A stretch of DNA of 64,000 nucleotides from a bacterium (GTDB taxonomy: Bacteria; UBA8248). Numbering within the stretch: the first letter of the stretch is position 1; every line of letters begins with the position of its first letter. This document shows, piece after piece, positions 42,618 through 52,148 of this stretch. Position numbers and translations under genes: made by a program. Location of the stretch: contig OZ241875.1 of the NCBI GenBank assembly GCA_965203325.1, positions 3,200,001 to 3,264,000 on the forward strand. The letters run 5' to 3'. The notes under the pieces are model-generated. The model worked only from the letters and a program-made list of their open reading frames with translations. It had not been told where the DNA came from and did not search any database.

Positions 42618-42727
42618 GTAGGGGCGGGCCCCTGTGCCCGCCCGTTTGGAGGAGCCCGTCAGACAACCCTTTTCATCAGGACAGGCACGGGGGCCTCGGA
42701 CAGGCGGAGGGGCCTGTCCCTGCTACG
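42618..42727. repeat. GTAG-type REP-like hairpins
   Basis: GTAGGGGCGGGC-CCCTGT-GCCCGCCC and GGACAGGC...GCCTGTCCC-TGCTAC. Confidence 0.65.
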
Positions 42728-42823
42728 GCGAACAATCTCGAAGGCCGGGGACTCATCACCCCCCGTCTGGTTTCCCCTTCCATGAAATGGTAGTTTGATT
42801 CCGATTGAACGGGAGGAGACCCC

Positions 42824-43726
42824 TTGCGACATTTCCGTCTCATCATTCTTGCGTTATGGCTCGTGAGCCTCATCCCGTGCGGCTACGCCCTCGCCGGACC
42901 CGCGAAGCCGGGCGGCCCCTCCGCAACAGCTCCCTTCGTCGTGGTGATCGACCCCGGCCACGGGGGGCGGGATGCGGGCAGCCGCGGCGTGCTGCTCCTG
43001 GAGAAGGATTTCACACTCCGCACGGCAGGGATGCTGGCCGCGCTCCTTTCCAGACGCCCCGAGGTGAAGGCCATCCTCACGCGCGAGGCCGACACGGAGA
43101 TGACCGCCGTGCAGCGCGCCTCGGTGGCGAACTACAACGCCGCCTCCTTGTTCCTCATCCTTCATGCGGACGCCTCCTGGCGGCCCGGCGCGCGGGGGCC
43201 GACCATCATGGTGGCGGCGCCCAGGCGTCCGCCGCGCGTGGCGGGGGAGGCGGCCCGGGCCGTGGCGTTTCGCTGGCAGCGGAGCCAGAACATCCATCTG
43301 GCCTCGAACCGCCGCTTCGCCCTGAACCTGCAGAGGCGCTTCGCCGCCATCCGCGCGGGCGAAAAACCACCGGTGCGCATTCTGGCGGTGCGCGACCTGG
43401 AAGGCGCGCGCATGCCCGCGGCCTACGTGAGCCTGGGCGTCATCAGCACACCCGAGGACGAGGCGCGCTTGAGCGAGATAACGGAAGAGGACCCCTATCT
43501 CACGGCGCTCGCCAGGGCGGTGCTCAAGTTCGCGCGCCTCACGGAAGACCTGCCGCCGAAACCGCCTGCGCCCGTAGGAGACGCGCCAGCGGAGTCGTCA
43601 CAGGCTCCTGAAGCGTCAGAGCAGCCTGCAATTCCTGAAACCGGGGCCGCGCCGCCCGAATCGCCGCCGTCAGGCGCCGTCGCGCCCGATACGCAAAACG
43701 CCGCCCCGGCGGGGGAGGGGCGCTAG
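42824..43726 (+). CDS. N-acetylmuramoyl-L-alanine amidase (Amidase_3) fold, catalytic Glu apparently replaced
   Basis: Signal peptide, IDPGHGG, EKD, LTR, LHAD; MPAAYVSLG where MPAxLVExG is expected. Confidence 0.8.
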   Translation: MRHFRLIILALWLVSLIPCGYALAGPAKPGGPSATAPFVVVIDPGHGGRDAGSRGVLLLEKDFTLRTAGMLAALLSRRPEVKAILTREADTEMTAVQRASVANYNAASLFLILHADASWRPGARGPTIMVAAPRRPPRVAGEAARAVAFRWQRSQNIHLASNRRFALNLQRRFAAIRAGEKPPVRILAVRDLEGARMPAAYVSLGVISTPEDEARLSEITEEDPYLTALARAVLKFARLTEDLPPKPPAPVGDAPAESSQAPEASEQPAIPETGAAPPESPPSGAVAPDTQNAAPAGEGR

Positions 43727-43727
43727 A

Positions 43728-44522
43728 ATGGCGAAGAAACTCGCGCTTGCCGTCCTGATCGTCGCCGTGAGCGGAGCGCTCGTCTGGAATTATCAGGAAG
43801 CCGTCCTGGATTTCCTGGAGCGGGGCCGCGACGCCGCGTTCGACCCCGAACGGGGCCGCGACGCGCGCGTCCCCAGCGTGAAGAAGACGCTTTATTTCGC
43901 GGGTGCGGAGGAAGACCTGCTGGTTCCCTATCCCGTGGAGGTGGAGATCGGAAAGGACAATGTCGATACCCTGCGCAACGTACTGGCCGCTCTCATCGAG
44001 GGACCGAAAGGGGAGGGATACGCACCGGTTATCCCGAAAGGCACGAAGCTGCGCGCGGCCTTTCCGGGGCCGGACGGGATCGCCTACGTCGATTTCGACG
44101 AGACTTTGAGAGACGCGCACCCGGGCGGCGTGTGGGCGGAACTGATGACCGCCTACGGCGTCGCCGGCACCGTGGTCAAGAATTTCCCGGACCTCTTCGA
44201 TCGCGTCGTGCTGCTTATCGGGGGGCAGGAGGCGCAGAGCATCGCCGGTTCGCTCGCCATCACGGGTCCGCTCCGGGTGCGCGAGGAATTGATCGCGGAC
44301 AGGTTTTCAGCGCCCGGGGCGGGTGGTACTCGACCCGAAACATCAAACGAAGCGAAAGTGAGCGGCGCGCCCGCGACGGCCAGCGGGCCGCCTCCCGCAA
44401 GCGCCGTCGGCGTGCCCAAGGAGACCCTCCCGCCGGTGGGGAGCGCTCCGGTCAATCCGGTGGGCGTGCCGCAGAAAAAGCCCGATGTGGGCGCGGTGGG
44501 CGCACCGGGAAACTCCCGTTAA
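43728..44522 (+). CDS. GerMN-domain protein with Pro-rich tail
   Basis: N-terminal anchor, LYF, LIEGP, IPKGTKL, AYVDF. Confidence 0.85.
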   Translation: MAKKLALAVLIVAVSGALVWNYQEAVLDFLERGRDAAFDPERGRDARVPSVKKTLYFAGAEEDLLVPYPVEVEIGKDNVDTLRNVLAALIEGPKGEGYAPVIPKGTKLRAAFPGPDGIAYVDFDETLRDAHPGGVWAELMTAYGVAGTVVKNFPDLFDRVVLLIGGQEAQSIAGSLAITGPLRVREELIADRFSAPGAGGTRPETSNEAKVSGAPATASGPPPASAVGVPKETLPPVGSAPVNPVGVPQKKPDVGAVGAPGNSR

Positions 44523-44625
44523 GAGAGCGCCATGCCGGCCGCAACCTGAACGGGGTTATTCAACAACCCCTCCTCAGGGGATAAAGGCAACCCCCCTTGA
44601 AGTTTTTTCCAATTCAGCAGAGAGG

Positions 44626-44804
44626 GTTCACTCCCCCCTTGAGGGGGAGTCGAAGAGCTAAGGGCGAAGCCCGCAAGCGATTCGGTGGGGGGACATGCCA
44701 CAGATAAAAAGCTCCCCCCACCGGTTCGGTTTCGGGCAAAACCCCCCTCACCTCACCGTCTGGCTTTCCCCTAGGGAAGCCAGACCCTCAAGGGGGGAGT
44801 GAAC
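44626..44804. mobile_element. Non-autonomous palindromic element (MITE-like), copy 1
   Basis: Perfect 20-bp TIR GTTCACTCCCCCCTTGAGGG / CCCTCAAGGGGGGAGTGAAC; inner CGGTGGGGGG/CCCCCCACCG. Confidence 0.75.
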
Positions 44805-44838
44805 TTCAAAAACTTGCGCTCAACCAAAATCGTTCCAC

Positions 44839-45090
44839 GGGACTTTTTCAACCCCCCTGACAAGGGGGGGGTAGGGGGGGTTGGTTTTCAGGCGGGAGGA
44901 TGTTTTCCGGCGTCCCTCGATACGGCCCTTGCGGGCCTACTCGGGATGAGGGTGGAGTGTCGTCCTGAGTCGAACACTCCCGCATTGGTCGAGTCCAACA
45001 CCGGAATGACGTCGTTGCGTGGCCGTAGGGACAGGTCGCGACCTGTCCCTGCAAAACCTGCTGCCCTCGTTCATCAGGACTTTTTCAACA
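44839..45090. repeat. Mosaic of short repeat fragments between convergent genes
   Basis: GGACTTTTTCAAC x2, CCCCCCTGACAAGGGGGG, GTAGGGACAGGTCGCGACCTGTCCCTGC (45025-45052). Confidence 0.7.
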
Positions 45091-45105
45091 AACCGGCCAC
45101 TCGCG

Positions 45106-46479
45106 TCAGGAGCAAGCCTCCTCTATCGACTCCTCCAGAACGCCCACCATCCAGCTTATCTCCTCGTTCGTCACGCAGTAAGGCGGCATCAGGACGACGA
45201 CGTCGCCGAGGGGCCGCACGGCGAGGCCGCGCTTTCTCGCCGCGAGGATGACCGCGCGCCCTTTGCGCTCGCCGGGCGTGTAGGGTTCCTTCGTCGCCTT
45301 GTCTTTCAAAAGCTCCACGCCCACCATCCAGCCCAGGCCGCGCACCTCGCCCACGTGGGGGGCGTTTTTCAGATTTTCGAGTTCACTCCACAGGTGGGCT
45401 ATCTTCGCTTGATTGTTCTGAATCGTGTTTTCACGCTCGAAAATATCGAGGTTCGCAAGCGCCGCGGCGCAGCCCAGCGGATTCCCCGTATAGGAGTGCC
45501 CGTGAAAAAGCGTGCGGCCCATCTCGGGCGGGCCGCGGAATGCGTCGAATATCTCCTCGGTGGCGAGCGTCGCCGCCAAGGGCAGGTAGCCGCCCGTGAT
45601 GCCCTTGGCGAGGCAGAGGATGTCGGGCGCCACGCCCTCGTGTTCGCAGGCGAACATGGGGCCGGTGCGTCCGAAGCCCGTGGCCACCTCATCGGCGATG
45701 AGGAGCACGTCGTGCTCCGTGCACGCCTCGCGGATTTTACGGAGAAAGCCTGTCGGCTGTGGGATGATCCCCGCCGCGCCCTGCACCATGGGTTCCACGA
45801 CCACGGCGGCGAGGTGGGGTGCGTTCTCCGCGATTTGATGCGCGATCTCATCGCCCGAACAGACGGAGCAAGGTGGTCGCTCCGCCCCCCTCGGGCACCA
45901 GAAGCAATAGGGTGCCTCCGCGCGCATGGTCTGGAACAGGAGCGGCCCGAAGATGTGGTGGAACAGGTCGATTCCGCCCAACGATACCGCGCCGACCGTG
46001 TCGCCGTGGTAGGCGAGGTTGAGTGTGAGAAACCTGTCTTTCTCAGGTCTCGGGGTTTTTCTTTGCTTTTGGTACTGAAACGCCATCTTGAGGGCGATTT
46101 CCACCGCCGTTGCGCCCGAGTCCGAATAAAAAACTCTGGTGAGGCCCGCCGGTGCGATATCGTTCAGCTTTTCGGCAAGCTCGATGGCGGCGGGGTTCGC
46201 CATGCCAAGCTGGGTGGTGTGGGCGATCCGCTCAAGCTGCGCGCGAACGGCCTGGTCGATCTCCTGTTTTCCGTGTCCGTGGATGTTCACCCACAGGGAG
46301 GAGGCGCCGTCGAGGTAGCGGTTTCCCGCCACGTCGATGAGGTACGCCCCCTCGCCGCGCTCGACGATGAGCGGCGGGTCCTCATTCTCCCATTCGTCCA
46401 TGGGGGTAAAGGGATGCCAGAGGTGTTTCCTGTCCGCGTCCGCGAGGCGGCGGAGGCGCCCCGCTTCGTCGGTGCTCAT
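45106..46479 (-). CDS. bioA: Adenosylmethionine--8-amino-7-oxononanoate transaminase
   Basis: HLWHPFT, SSLWVNIHGH, YHGDT, DEVATGFGRTG, AKGITGGY, HGHSYTGNP. Confidence 0.93.
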   Translation of the reverse strand: MSTDEAGRLRRLADADRKHLWHPFTPMDEWENEDPPLIVERGEGAYLIDVAGNRYLDGASSLWVNIHGHGKQEIDQAVRAQLERIAHTTQLGMANPAAIELAEKLNDIAPAGLTRVFYSDSGATAVEIALKMAFQYQKQRKTPRPEKDRFLTLNLAYHGDTVGAVSLGGIDLFHHIFGPLLFQTMRAEAPYCFWCPRGAERPPCSVCSGDEIAHQIAENAPHLAAVVVEPMVQGAAGIIPQPTGFLRKIREACTEHDVLLIADEVATGFGRTGPMFACEHEGVAPDILCLAKGITGGYLPLAATLATEEIFDAFRGPPEMGRTLFHGHSYTGNPLGCAAALANLDIFERENTIQNNQAKIAHLWSELENLKNAPHVGEVRGLGWMVGVELLKDKATKEPYTPGERKGRAVILAARKRGLAVRPLGDVVVLMPPYCVTNEEISWMVGVLEESIEEACS

Positions 46480-47255
46480 GTGGGGCGTTCGGCGAGGATG
46501 ACGGCTTCCTGCTCGTCGAATACGAACGTGCCGTCCTCCTCCCGCGGGTCGAGCCAATAGGATATCGCGGGCGAGGCGTCTTCGAGATAGGTGCGGAGCG
46601 CCGCCTTGTCATCGCCTGTCAGGTGGGGGCGCCGCACCCAGTCTTCGAACACCATCTTCTTCCGGAGCGTCTCCGAATAGAGGACGCGAAAGCCGGCGGC
46701 TTCGAGCATCTCCACCAGGTCGGGCAGGCTGTCGCAGCGGTTGTGGCTCGGGTCGCGCAGGCGCTCGAAATCGTTGTAACTATCGAGTTCGGTGGGTTCT
46801 TCGGGCGCGATGTTGTCGATGTAGACGAGCTGGCCGCCGGGTTTCAGGACGCGGAACATCTCGCGCATCGAGGCCGGGACGTCCGGGAAATGATGCGGCG
46901 CAATACGCACCGAGACCGAATCGAGCGCGCCCGTCTGGACGGCGATGTTCTCGGCGTCGGTTCTGAGATAAGAGACGTTCCCGATTCCCTTCTCGACGCC
47001 CAGCCTGCGCGCGGAGTCGAGCATGCCGGCGGTCAGGTCGCTCGCGATCACGTGGCGGCACCCTTCCGCCATCTGGTAGGCCGTGTGGCCCGCGCCCGTG
47101 GCGACGTCGAGATGGACGCCGCCGCTCGGGTTCAGCACCTCGGCCGAGCGCGCGAGGGAACTACTCCGCGCATGGGGCGCGCTGGTGACGTAATAGTCCG
47201 AATCCTGGTTGTATATCTTCTGTACGGCCTCTCGCTGCTCCCGGGACGTGTCCAT
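46476..47255 (-). CDS. Class I SAM-dependent methyltransferase
   Basis: LDVATGAGHT, APHHF, RVLKPGG, RDPSH; 4-bp overlap with bioA. Confidence 0.88.
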   Translation of the reverse strand: MDTSREQREAVQKIYNQDSDYYVTSAPHARSSSLARSAEVLNPSGGVHLDVATGAGHTAYQMAEGCRHVIASDLTAGMLDSARRLGVEKGIGNVSYLRTDAENIAVQTGALDSVSVRIAPHHFPDVPASMREMFRVLKPGGQLVYIDNIAPEEPTELDSYNDFERLRDPSHNRCDSLPDLVEMLEAAGFRVLYSETLRKKMVFEDWVRRPHLTGDDKAALRTYLEDASPAISYWLDPREEDGTFVFDEQEAVILAERPT

Positions 47256-47423
47256 GCGGCTCCTCAATGAGAACTGGAATATCGGCTTGCGGGGGGAGTA
47301 TTTCCCGAAAATCGGTTTCGGGGCAAGTGGCTGGGGGATTGAACGCGACTGATGAGGGAGTGTTGAAAAAGTCCTGATTTCGTAATTCTGCGTATGAAAG
47401 CGATCGGTGAGGGAGGAAACTTC

Positions 47424-47571
47424 ACTCCCCCCTTGAGGGGGAGTCGATGAAGCCGAGCGATTTGTGCGAAGGCTGAATCGGTGGGGGGACGATTCTAAAA
47501 TAAAAGCTCCCCCCACCGACTCGCTTGCGGGCTTCGCCCTTACCTCGTCGACTCCCCCTCAAGGGGGGAGT
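47424..47571. mobile_element. Non-autonomous palindromic element, copy 2, nested between TGTTGAAAAA (47361) and TTTTTCAACA (47634)
   Basis: Perfect 24-bp TIR ACTCCCCCCTTGAGGGGGAGTCGA / TCGACTCCCCCTCAAGGGGGGAGT; arms homologous to copy 1. Confidence 0.78.
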
Positions 47572-47810
47572 TGATTTGAAATTCTCTTTGGTGAAGAGAG
47601 ATCTCCATAGGTGACGTGCAACAGTTTTTCAACAACCCCCCTCAAGGGGGAGTGAGTGCAATCAGCCGTTGGATCAGATAGTCTCCCCCGCGCCTGCCTG
47701 AGACATTCCCGATCACGAGAACCAAAATGGACGCACCCGCTGCCTGAAATTTCCCGCTCTGTTCTCTCTGGGAGGTTGGCCGTCTTGTAGGCGAGAAGTG
47801 ATGAAGCCGT

Positions 47811-49145
47811 CTAAAATTCCGCGTCCTCGTCGCCCGGAATCCTGAGAGAGCGGAAATGGCCGTCCAACCCGCCGAGCGGGGCCGTGGCGTCCAGGCCCAT
47901 CTTCGCCGTCACGCCGTTCTCGGCCGATGGGTCGAGGCGGCTGCCCCACGCGCCTGGGACGACGAACAAATCCTTGTCCGCCTGAAAGCGCGTCGCCAGC
48001 GCCCAGTCGACCTGCGCCGGGTTATGGATGTCGATGTCGTGATCCACGCAGATGGCGTGCTTAACGTCGTAGTGCGCGGCGAGCGCCGCCATGAGCGCGC
48101 TTTTCGCTTCCCCCTCGTTTGTCTTTCGTATCTGGACGACGCAGTGAAAACGGCCTGAGCCTGAGAGGGGGAGCACGACGTCCGTGACGGCGGGAACCGC
48201 TTTCTGGAGGTCTCTGAGGAGTCCCGCCTCCCTGGGGATAGCGCCCATCAGCAGGTGGTCGTAGCCCGCCGCCACGATGGAATAGAAAACGGGCTCCTCG
48301 CGCATGGCGATGGATTTCACCCGGAACACCTCGCGCTCTCCAGCCGGGCTGTAGTAGCGCGGGAACTCGCCGAAGGGCCCCTCGCGCCTGCGCACGTCCG
48401 GCGGAATTTCCCCCTCGATCACGATTTCAGCGCCCGCGGGCACGGGAATCCCCGACCAGGGGGCGGGGGCGACGTCCACGGCGCGGCCCTGAAGCCCGCC
48501 CGCCGCTTCGAGTTCATCTTCACCGGGCGCGAGGACGAGCTGGCTCGCCATCAGGAGTAATGGGTCGAGACCCACGCAGACGGCCGCCTTGAGGGGTTCA
48601 CCGCGCTCGCCGGCGCGCCGGATCATCCCCTTCAGGTGGCGCGGCAGGACGAGCAGGCCGAACAGGTCGGGTTCCAGGGCGTGCATCCTGTGAATCGATA
48701 CGTTGCCCGCGCCCGAATCGGGGTCCTGCGCGATGAAGACGCCGGCGGAGATGTAGGGGCCGCCGTCCAGTTCATGGTAGATGGGCAGGGGGAGAATTTT
48801 CTGGACGTCGATATCTTTCGTGATGACGTTGCGTAAAAACGGTGCATCGGTGACCGCGTTGGGCTTTATCTTGATTTCCTGTCTGCGCTGAACCTCGCGG
48901 AGCAACTCCCCGGGCGCGACCCCCATGGCGTCGGCGTACCAATCTCTCTTGCAGGCGACGTTGGCGGCGACGGGCATCGGCGCGCCGTCGGTGCGCTCGA
49001 AAAGGAGGGCGGTCTGGCCGTCCGCTTTTTGCGACAAGGCGGCGAGTTCATGGCGGAGCGATACGCTGCGCGATACGCGCTTGAGCGATCCCCGCTCTTC
49101 GAGGCGTGCAAGCCAGCTTTTGAGATCATGAGTGTTCATGCGCAT
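47811..49145 (-). CDS. UbiD-family prenylated-FMN-dependent (de)carboxylase
   Basis: DGGPYI, NVSIHR, EIVIEG, EGPFGEF, VDHDIDI, WALATR, KMGLDAT. Confidence 0.92.
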   Translation of the reverse strand: MRMNTHDLKSWLARLEERGSLKRVSRSVSLRHELAALSQKADGQTALLFERTDGAPMPVAANVACKRDWYADAMGVAPGELLREVQRRQEIKIKPNAVTDAPFLRNVITKDIDVQKILPLPIYHELDGGPYISAGVFIAQDPDSGAGNVSIHRMHALEPDLFGLLVLPRHLKGMIRRAGERGEPLKAAVCVGLDPLLLMASQLVLAPGEDELEAAGGLQGRAVDVAPAPWSGIPVPAGAEIVIEGEIPPDVRRREGPFGEFPRYYSPAGEREVFRVKSIAMREEPVFYSIVAAGYDHLLMGAIPREAGLLRDLQKAVPAVTDVVLPLSGSGRFHCVVQIRKTNEGEAKSALMAALAAHYDVKHAICVDHDIDIHNPAQVDWALATRFQADKDLFVVPGAWGSRLDPSAENGVTAKMGLDATAPLGGLDGHFRSLRIPGDEDAEF

Positions 49146-49203
49146 ATGATGGCAAATGGGGCGGAGAGCGTCAAAAGCGCAGGGGCGGGGCGCGCCGCTT
49201 TGG

Positions 49204-50091
49204 TTACGTCATCAGGGTTTCCCGAAGCATGGCGAGGTAATCGCCCGCGTAGGGGGGGAGGTAGACGTCGTTTCGCCGGAACAGGCCGATGCGCTTTTTC
49301 CCGAACAGGTGGGATATGTTGATGGTTCGCCACCCATTTGCGGTCTCGGGCCGGGGCCAGAGCGCGTTCACGACCGCGATGCCCGCACCGTTTAGCACGG
49401 CCTCGTTGATCAGGGTGTAGGAGGACGTCTCGAAGACGACGTTGATGGACAACCCCTGCTTCTCGAAGGTTTGTTCGATGTGCTGGCGGTCCGCCGTGCC
49501 GCGTTCGAGCAGGATGAGCGGATGCGCCGCGATGCTCTCGAGAGCGATATTCTTCTCCTTCAGGGCGGTGTGTCCCTCGGGACAGAAGAGGAGATAGTCC
49601 GTCTCCGTCCACTCCTCGAAGGAGAAATTCCCTCGCGCCTCGGGCGCCGAGCCGAAGGCGAAATCGACCGCGCCTTCGGAGACGTTTTCGAGCAGATTCG
49701 TCCAGTTCCGCTCCAGCACGGAAACCTGTACGTTCGGGTAGCGTTCGCGAAACCTGAGGAAGGCGGCCCGGTGGCCCTTCAGGATCAGCATGGGGGCGGC
49801 TTCGGCCACGACGAGCCGCCCGTGCGTCTCCCCGCGCAGGTGCCGCTCGACCGTATCGAGGGACTCGAAAAAAGGCTTGATGGCGTCGAAGAGGTATTCG
49901 CCGCTCGGCGTCAACTGAAATCTGCGGCCGACGATCCGGTAGAGCTTCACCTGGAGGTCCGCTTCGAGCGCCTTCACCCGGATGCTGAGGGCGGGCTGCT
50001 GGATGGAGAAGGGCAGTTGCCTCGCCGCACGGGTGAAGCCGCCGTGTTTCGCCACGTAGTAGAAGTATTCGAGCTGCCTTAGGTTCAACAT
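49204..50091 (-). CDS. LysR-family transcriptional regulator
   Basis: LRQLEYF...FTRAA...QPALSIRVKALE HTH; divergent from the catabolic operon. Confidence 0.93.
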   Translation of the reverse strand: MLNLRQLEYFYYVAKHGGFTRAARQLPFSIQQPALSIRVKALEADLQVKLYRIVGRRFQLTPSGEYLFDAIKPFFESLDTVERHLRGETHGRLVVAEAAPMLILKGHRAAFLRFRERYPNVQVSVLERNWTNLLENVSEGAVDFAFGSAPEARGNFSFEEWTETDYLLFCPEGHTALKEKNIALESIAAHPLILLERGTADRQHIEQTFEKQGLSINVVFETSSYTLINEAVLNGAGIAVVNALWPRPETANGWRTINISHLFGKKRIGLFRRNDVYLPPYAGDYLAMLRETLMT

Positions 50092-50236
50092 GAAAGCCTC
50101 ATGAAACCATTCGCCGAGGCGCCGGTCATTCCATTATGGATTTTTATACTGCCCCGCTACGCCGGGCAGACTTGTTTCGCCAAATATCTTCTGAAAACCG
50201 GATGAAAACAGAAAAACGACCTCCCAACCCAGGATG

Positions 50237-50321
50237 GAATTATATGGAATATCCATTAAATAATTCAATAGATTCGATTCTTATTTTCCCCGTTGCGATT
50301 CCGGTGCCCTGGGTTTAATCT
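50237..50321 (+). promoter_or_regulatory. Putative regulator operator and promoter of the catabolic operon
   Basis: AT-rich dyad GAATTA-T-ATGGA-ATA-TCCAT-TAAA-TAATTC (50237-50266); TTGCGA-N17-TAATCT (50293-50321). Confidence 0.5.
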
Positions 50322-50404
50322 GTGTATGGGGACTTCTATTTTTCGACTGCCGAAATGAGAGATTCACCACGTTGTGAGCAAGGGCAACCCTTGCCTGCGG
50401 CCTG

Positions 50405-51370
50405 ATGGAGAAAAACGTGACGCAAGATTATCTTTCGCTCCGGGAACAGACCCAGGCGCGGGATCGCAGCCTGAGAGACAAGGTGATGACGCTTGAGGAA
50501 GCGTGCGGTTTCGTGAACGACGGCGAGCACGTCAGCCTGGGCGGCTCCACGGCCTCGAGAACCCCCTTCGCCATGGTGTGGGCGCTGATACGCGCGAGGA
50601 AGAAAAACCTCTCCTTCTCGCGCAGCATCGTCTCCACCGAGGGCGACCTCATCTTCGCATCGGGTATCGGGAACCACATTCTCACGAGCTGGTTCAGCCA
50701 GGGGATCGTCTGGGGCGTCTCGCGCGTCATGCGGCATTTCACCGAGAACAGGCTGGCGCGTTTCGAGGAGTGGAGCCACATGTCCATCGGCCTGCGCTTC
50801 AGGGCGGGGGCGATGGGCGTTCCGTTCATGCCGATGCGCTCGATGATGGGCTCCGACGTGGCGGGGCAGCTCGATAACCTCGAAGAGATGACCTGTCCCT
50901 TCACGGGCGAGAAAATCCTTCTCGTCCCGGCCCTGAACCCAGACGTCGCGCTGATACACGTGCAAAGGTGCGACCCCTACGGCAACGCGCAGCTCGACGG
51001 CCTGACGTTCATGGATATCGACATGGCGATGGCGGCGAACCGGGTCATCATCACGACCGAGCGCATCATCTCGAACGATCAGATCCGCAGAAGGCCCGAC
51101 CGGACGAGAATCCCCTTCTTCACCGTCGACGCGGTGGTGGAGGCGCCCTACGGATGTGCGCCGCATGAATGCTTCGGCGTCTATGAGCCTTTGTTCTCGC
51201 ACATGGACTATTACGCCGAACTCACGAGAAAAGAACCGATGGAGGGCGTGAGGGCGTATCTGGATGAATACTTCTACGCGCCTGTGAACTGGACGGAGTA
51301 TCTGAATCTCATCGGCCTGGATAAGCTGCTGGATGCGGCCCGAAGGGGGAGGAGCATTTATGACGATTGA
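50405..51370 (+). CDS. Family I CoA-transferase alpha subunit (glutaconate CoA-transferase-like)
   Basis: DKVMTLEEA, RAGAMGVPF, PALNPDVALIHVQRCDPYGNA, PYGCAP. Confidence 0.88.
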   Translation: MEKNVTQDYLSLREQTQARDRSLRDKVMTLEEACGFVNDGEHVSLGGSTASRTPFAMVWALIRARKKNLSFSRSIVSTEGDLIFASGIGNHILTSWFSQGIVWGVSRVMRHFTENRLARFEEWSHMSIGLRFRAGAMGVPFMPMRSMMGSDVAGQLDNLEEMTCPFTGEKILLVPALNPDVALIHVQRCDPYGNAQLDGLTFMDIDMAMAANRVIITTERIISNDQIRRRPDRTRIPFFTVDAVVEAPYGCAPHECFGVYEPLFSHMDYYAELTRKEPMEGVRAYLDEYFYAPVNWTEYLNLIGLDKLLDAARRGRSIYDD

Positions 51371-52133
51371 GACGAAAGACTTCACGGCGTCGGAGCTTTT
51401 GTGCGTCATGAGCGCCCGCGCGCTCGAGGACGGCCAAGTGGTATTCGCCGGCGTGGGGATTCCGCTTCTGGCCGCCACGCTGGCCCAGCGCCTCCATGCG
51501 CCTGGCGTGACGATTCTCTTCGAGGGCGGCACCATCGGCCCGCACGTGGTGCCCGGCCAGCTTCCGCCCACCACGAACGAGCAGCGCTGCACGCGCAAGG
51601 CGAACATGCTGGTGAGCATCACCGAGGTGCTGCTCCTCCTGCAGCGCGGCTACGTGGACGTGGGCTTCATGGGGGGCGCCCAGATCGATCAGTACGGCAA
51701 CCTGAACAGCTCCTTCATCGGGAGCGCGGACGATCCTTCCGTGCGGCTGCCCGGCACGGGCGGGGGGAACGACATATCGAGCCTCACCAGGATGATCGTC
51801 GCGATGCCGCAGGAAAAGCGCCGCTTCGTGGAAAACGTGGATTTCATCACCAGCCCCGGCTACATCCGGGGTGGAACCTCAAGGCGCGATTCGGGCCTGA
51901 TAGCCGGCGGCATGTACCGCGTGGTCACGGATCTCGCGATTCTGGGGTTCGACGATGAGACGGGCCGGATGCGCGTCGAGGCGCTGCACCCTGGCGTCAC
52001 GCCCCAGCAGGCGCAGGAGAACACGGGTTTCGAGTTGATCATCGATTCCTCCGTTTCGACCACCGAACCGCCCACGGAAGAGGAGTTGGCCGCGCTTCGC
52101 CATCTGGATCCGGACAAGGTCTACACTGCATAA
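51360..52133 (+). CDS. Family I CoA-transferase beta subunit
   Basis: FAGVGIP, LFEGG (putative catalytic Glu), GAQIDQYGNLN, PGTGGGND, LHPG. Confidence 0.88.
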   Translation: MTIETKDFTASELLCVMSARALEDGQVVFAGVGIPLLAATLAQRLHAPGVTILFEGGTIGPHVVPGQLPPTTNEQRCTRKANMLVSITEVLLLLQRGYVDVGFMGGAQIDQYGNLNSSFIGSADDPSVRLPGTGGGNDISSLTRMIVAMPQEKRRFVENVDFITSPGYIRGGTSRRDSGLIAGGMYRVVTDLAILGFDDETGRMRVEALHPGVTPQQAQENTGFELIIDSSVSTTEPPTEEELAALRHLDPDKVYTA

Positions 52134-52148
52134 CCACATGGAGCTGTC

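Noticed and set aside
42470..42620. Purine riboswitch upstream of the NCS2 permease
   Set aside because: Conserved purine-aptamer core and terminator not found by eye; an Infernal scan would be decisive
43821..43866. Short direct repeat CGGGGCCGCGACGC x2 in the GerMN gene (also TTTCCATCCCCTTC x2 in livH near 56979-57012)
   Set aside because: Two-copy in-frame micro-duplications with no evidence of function
46476..47255. Methyltransferase as BioC
   Set aside because: Only adjacency to bioA supports it; the sequence looks like a generic class I methyltransferase
47256..47516. Long N-terminal extensions in the ORF track for the methyltransferase (and for the DUF2007-like gene, 40747-40938)
   Set aside because: Extensions are translations of intergenic repeat elements; better RBS-supported starts lie downstream
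40837..47655. Repeated palindromes as a possible CRISPR array
   Set aside because: No regularly spaced identical repeats with unique spacers and no cas genes
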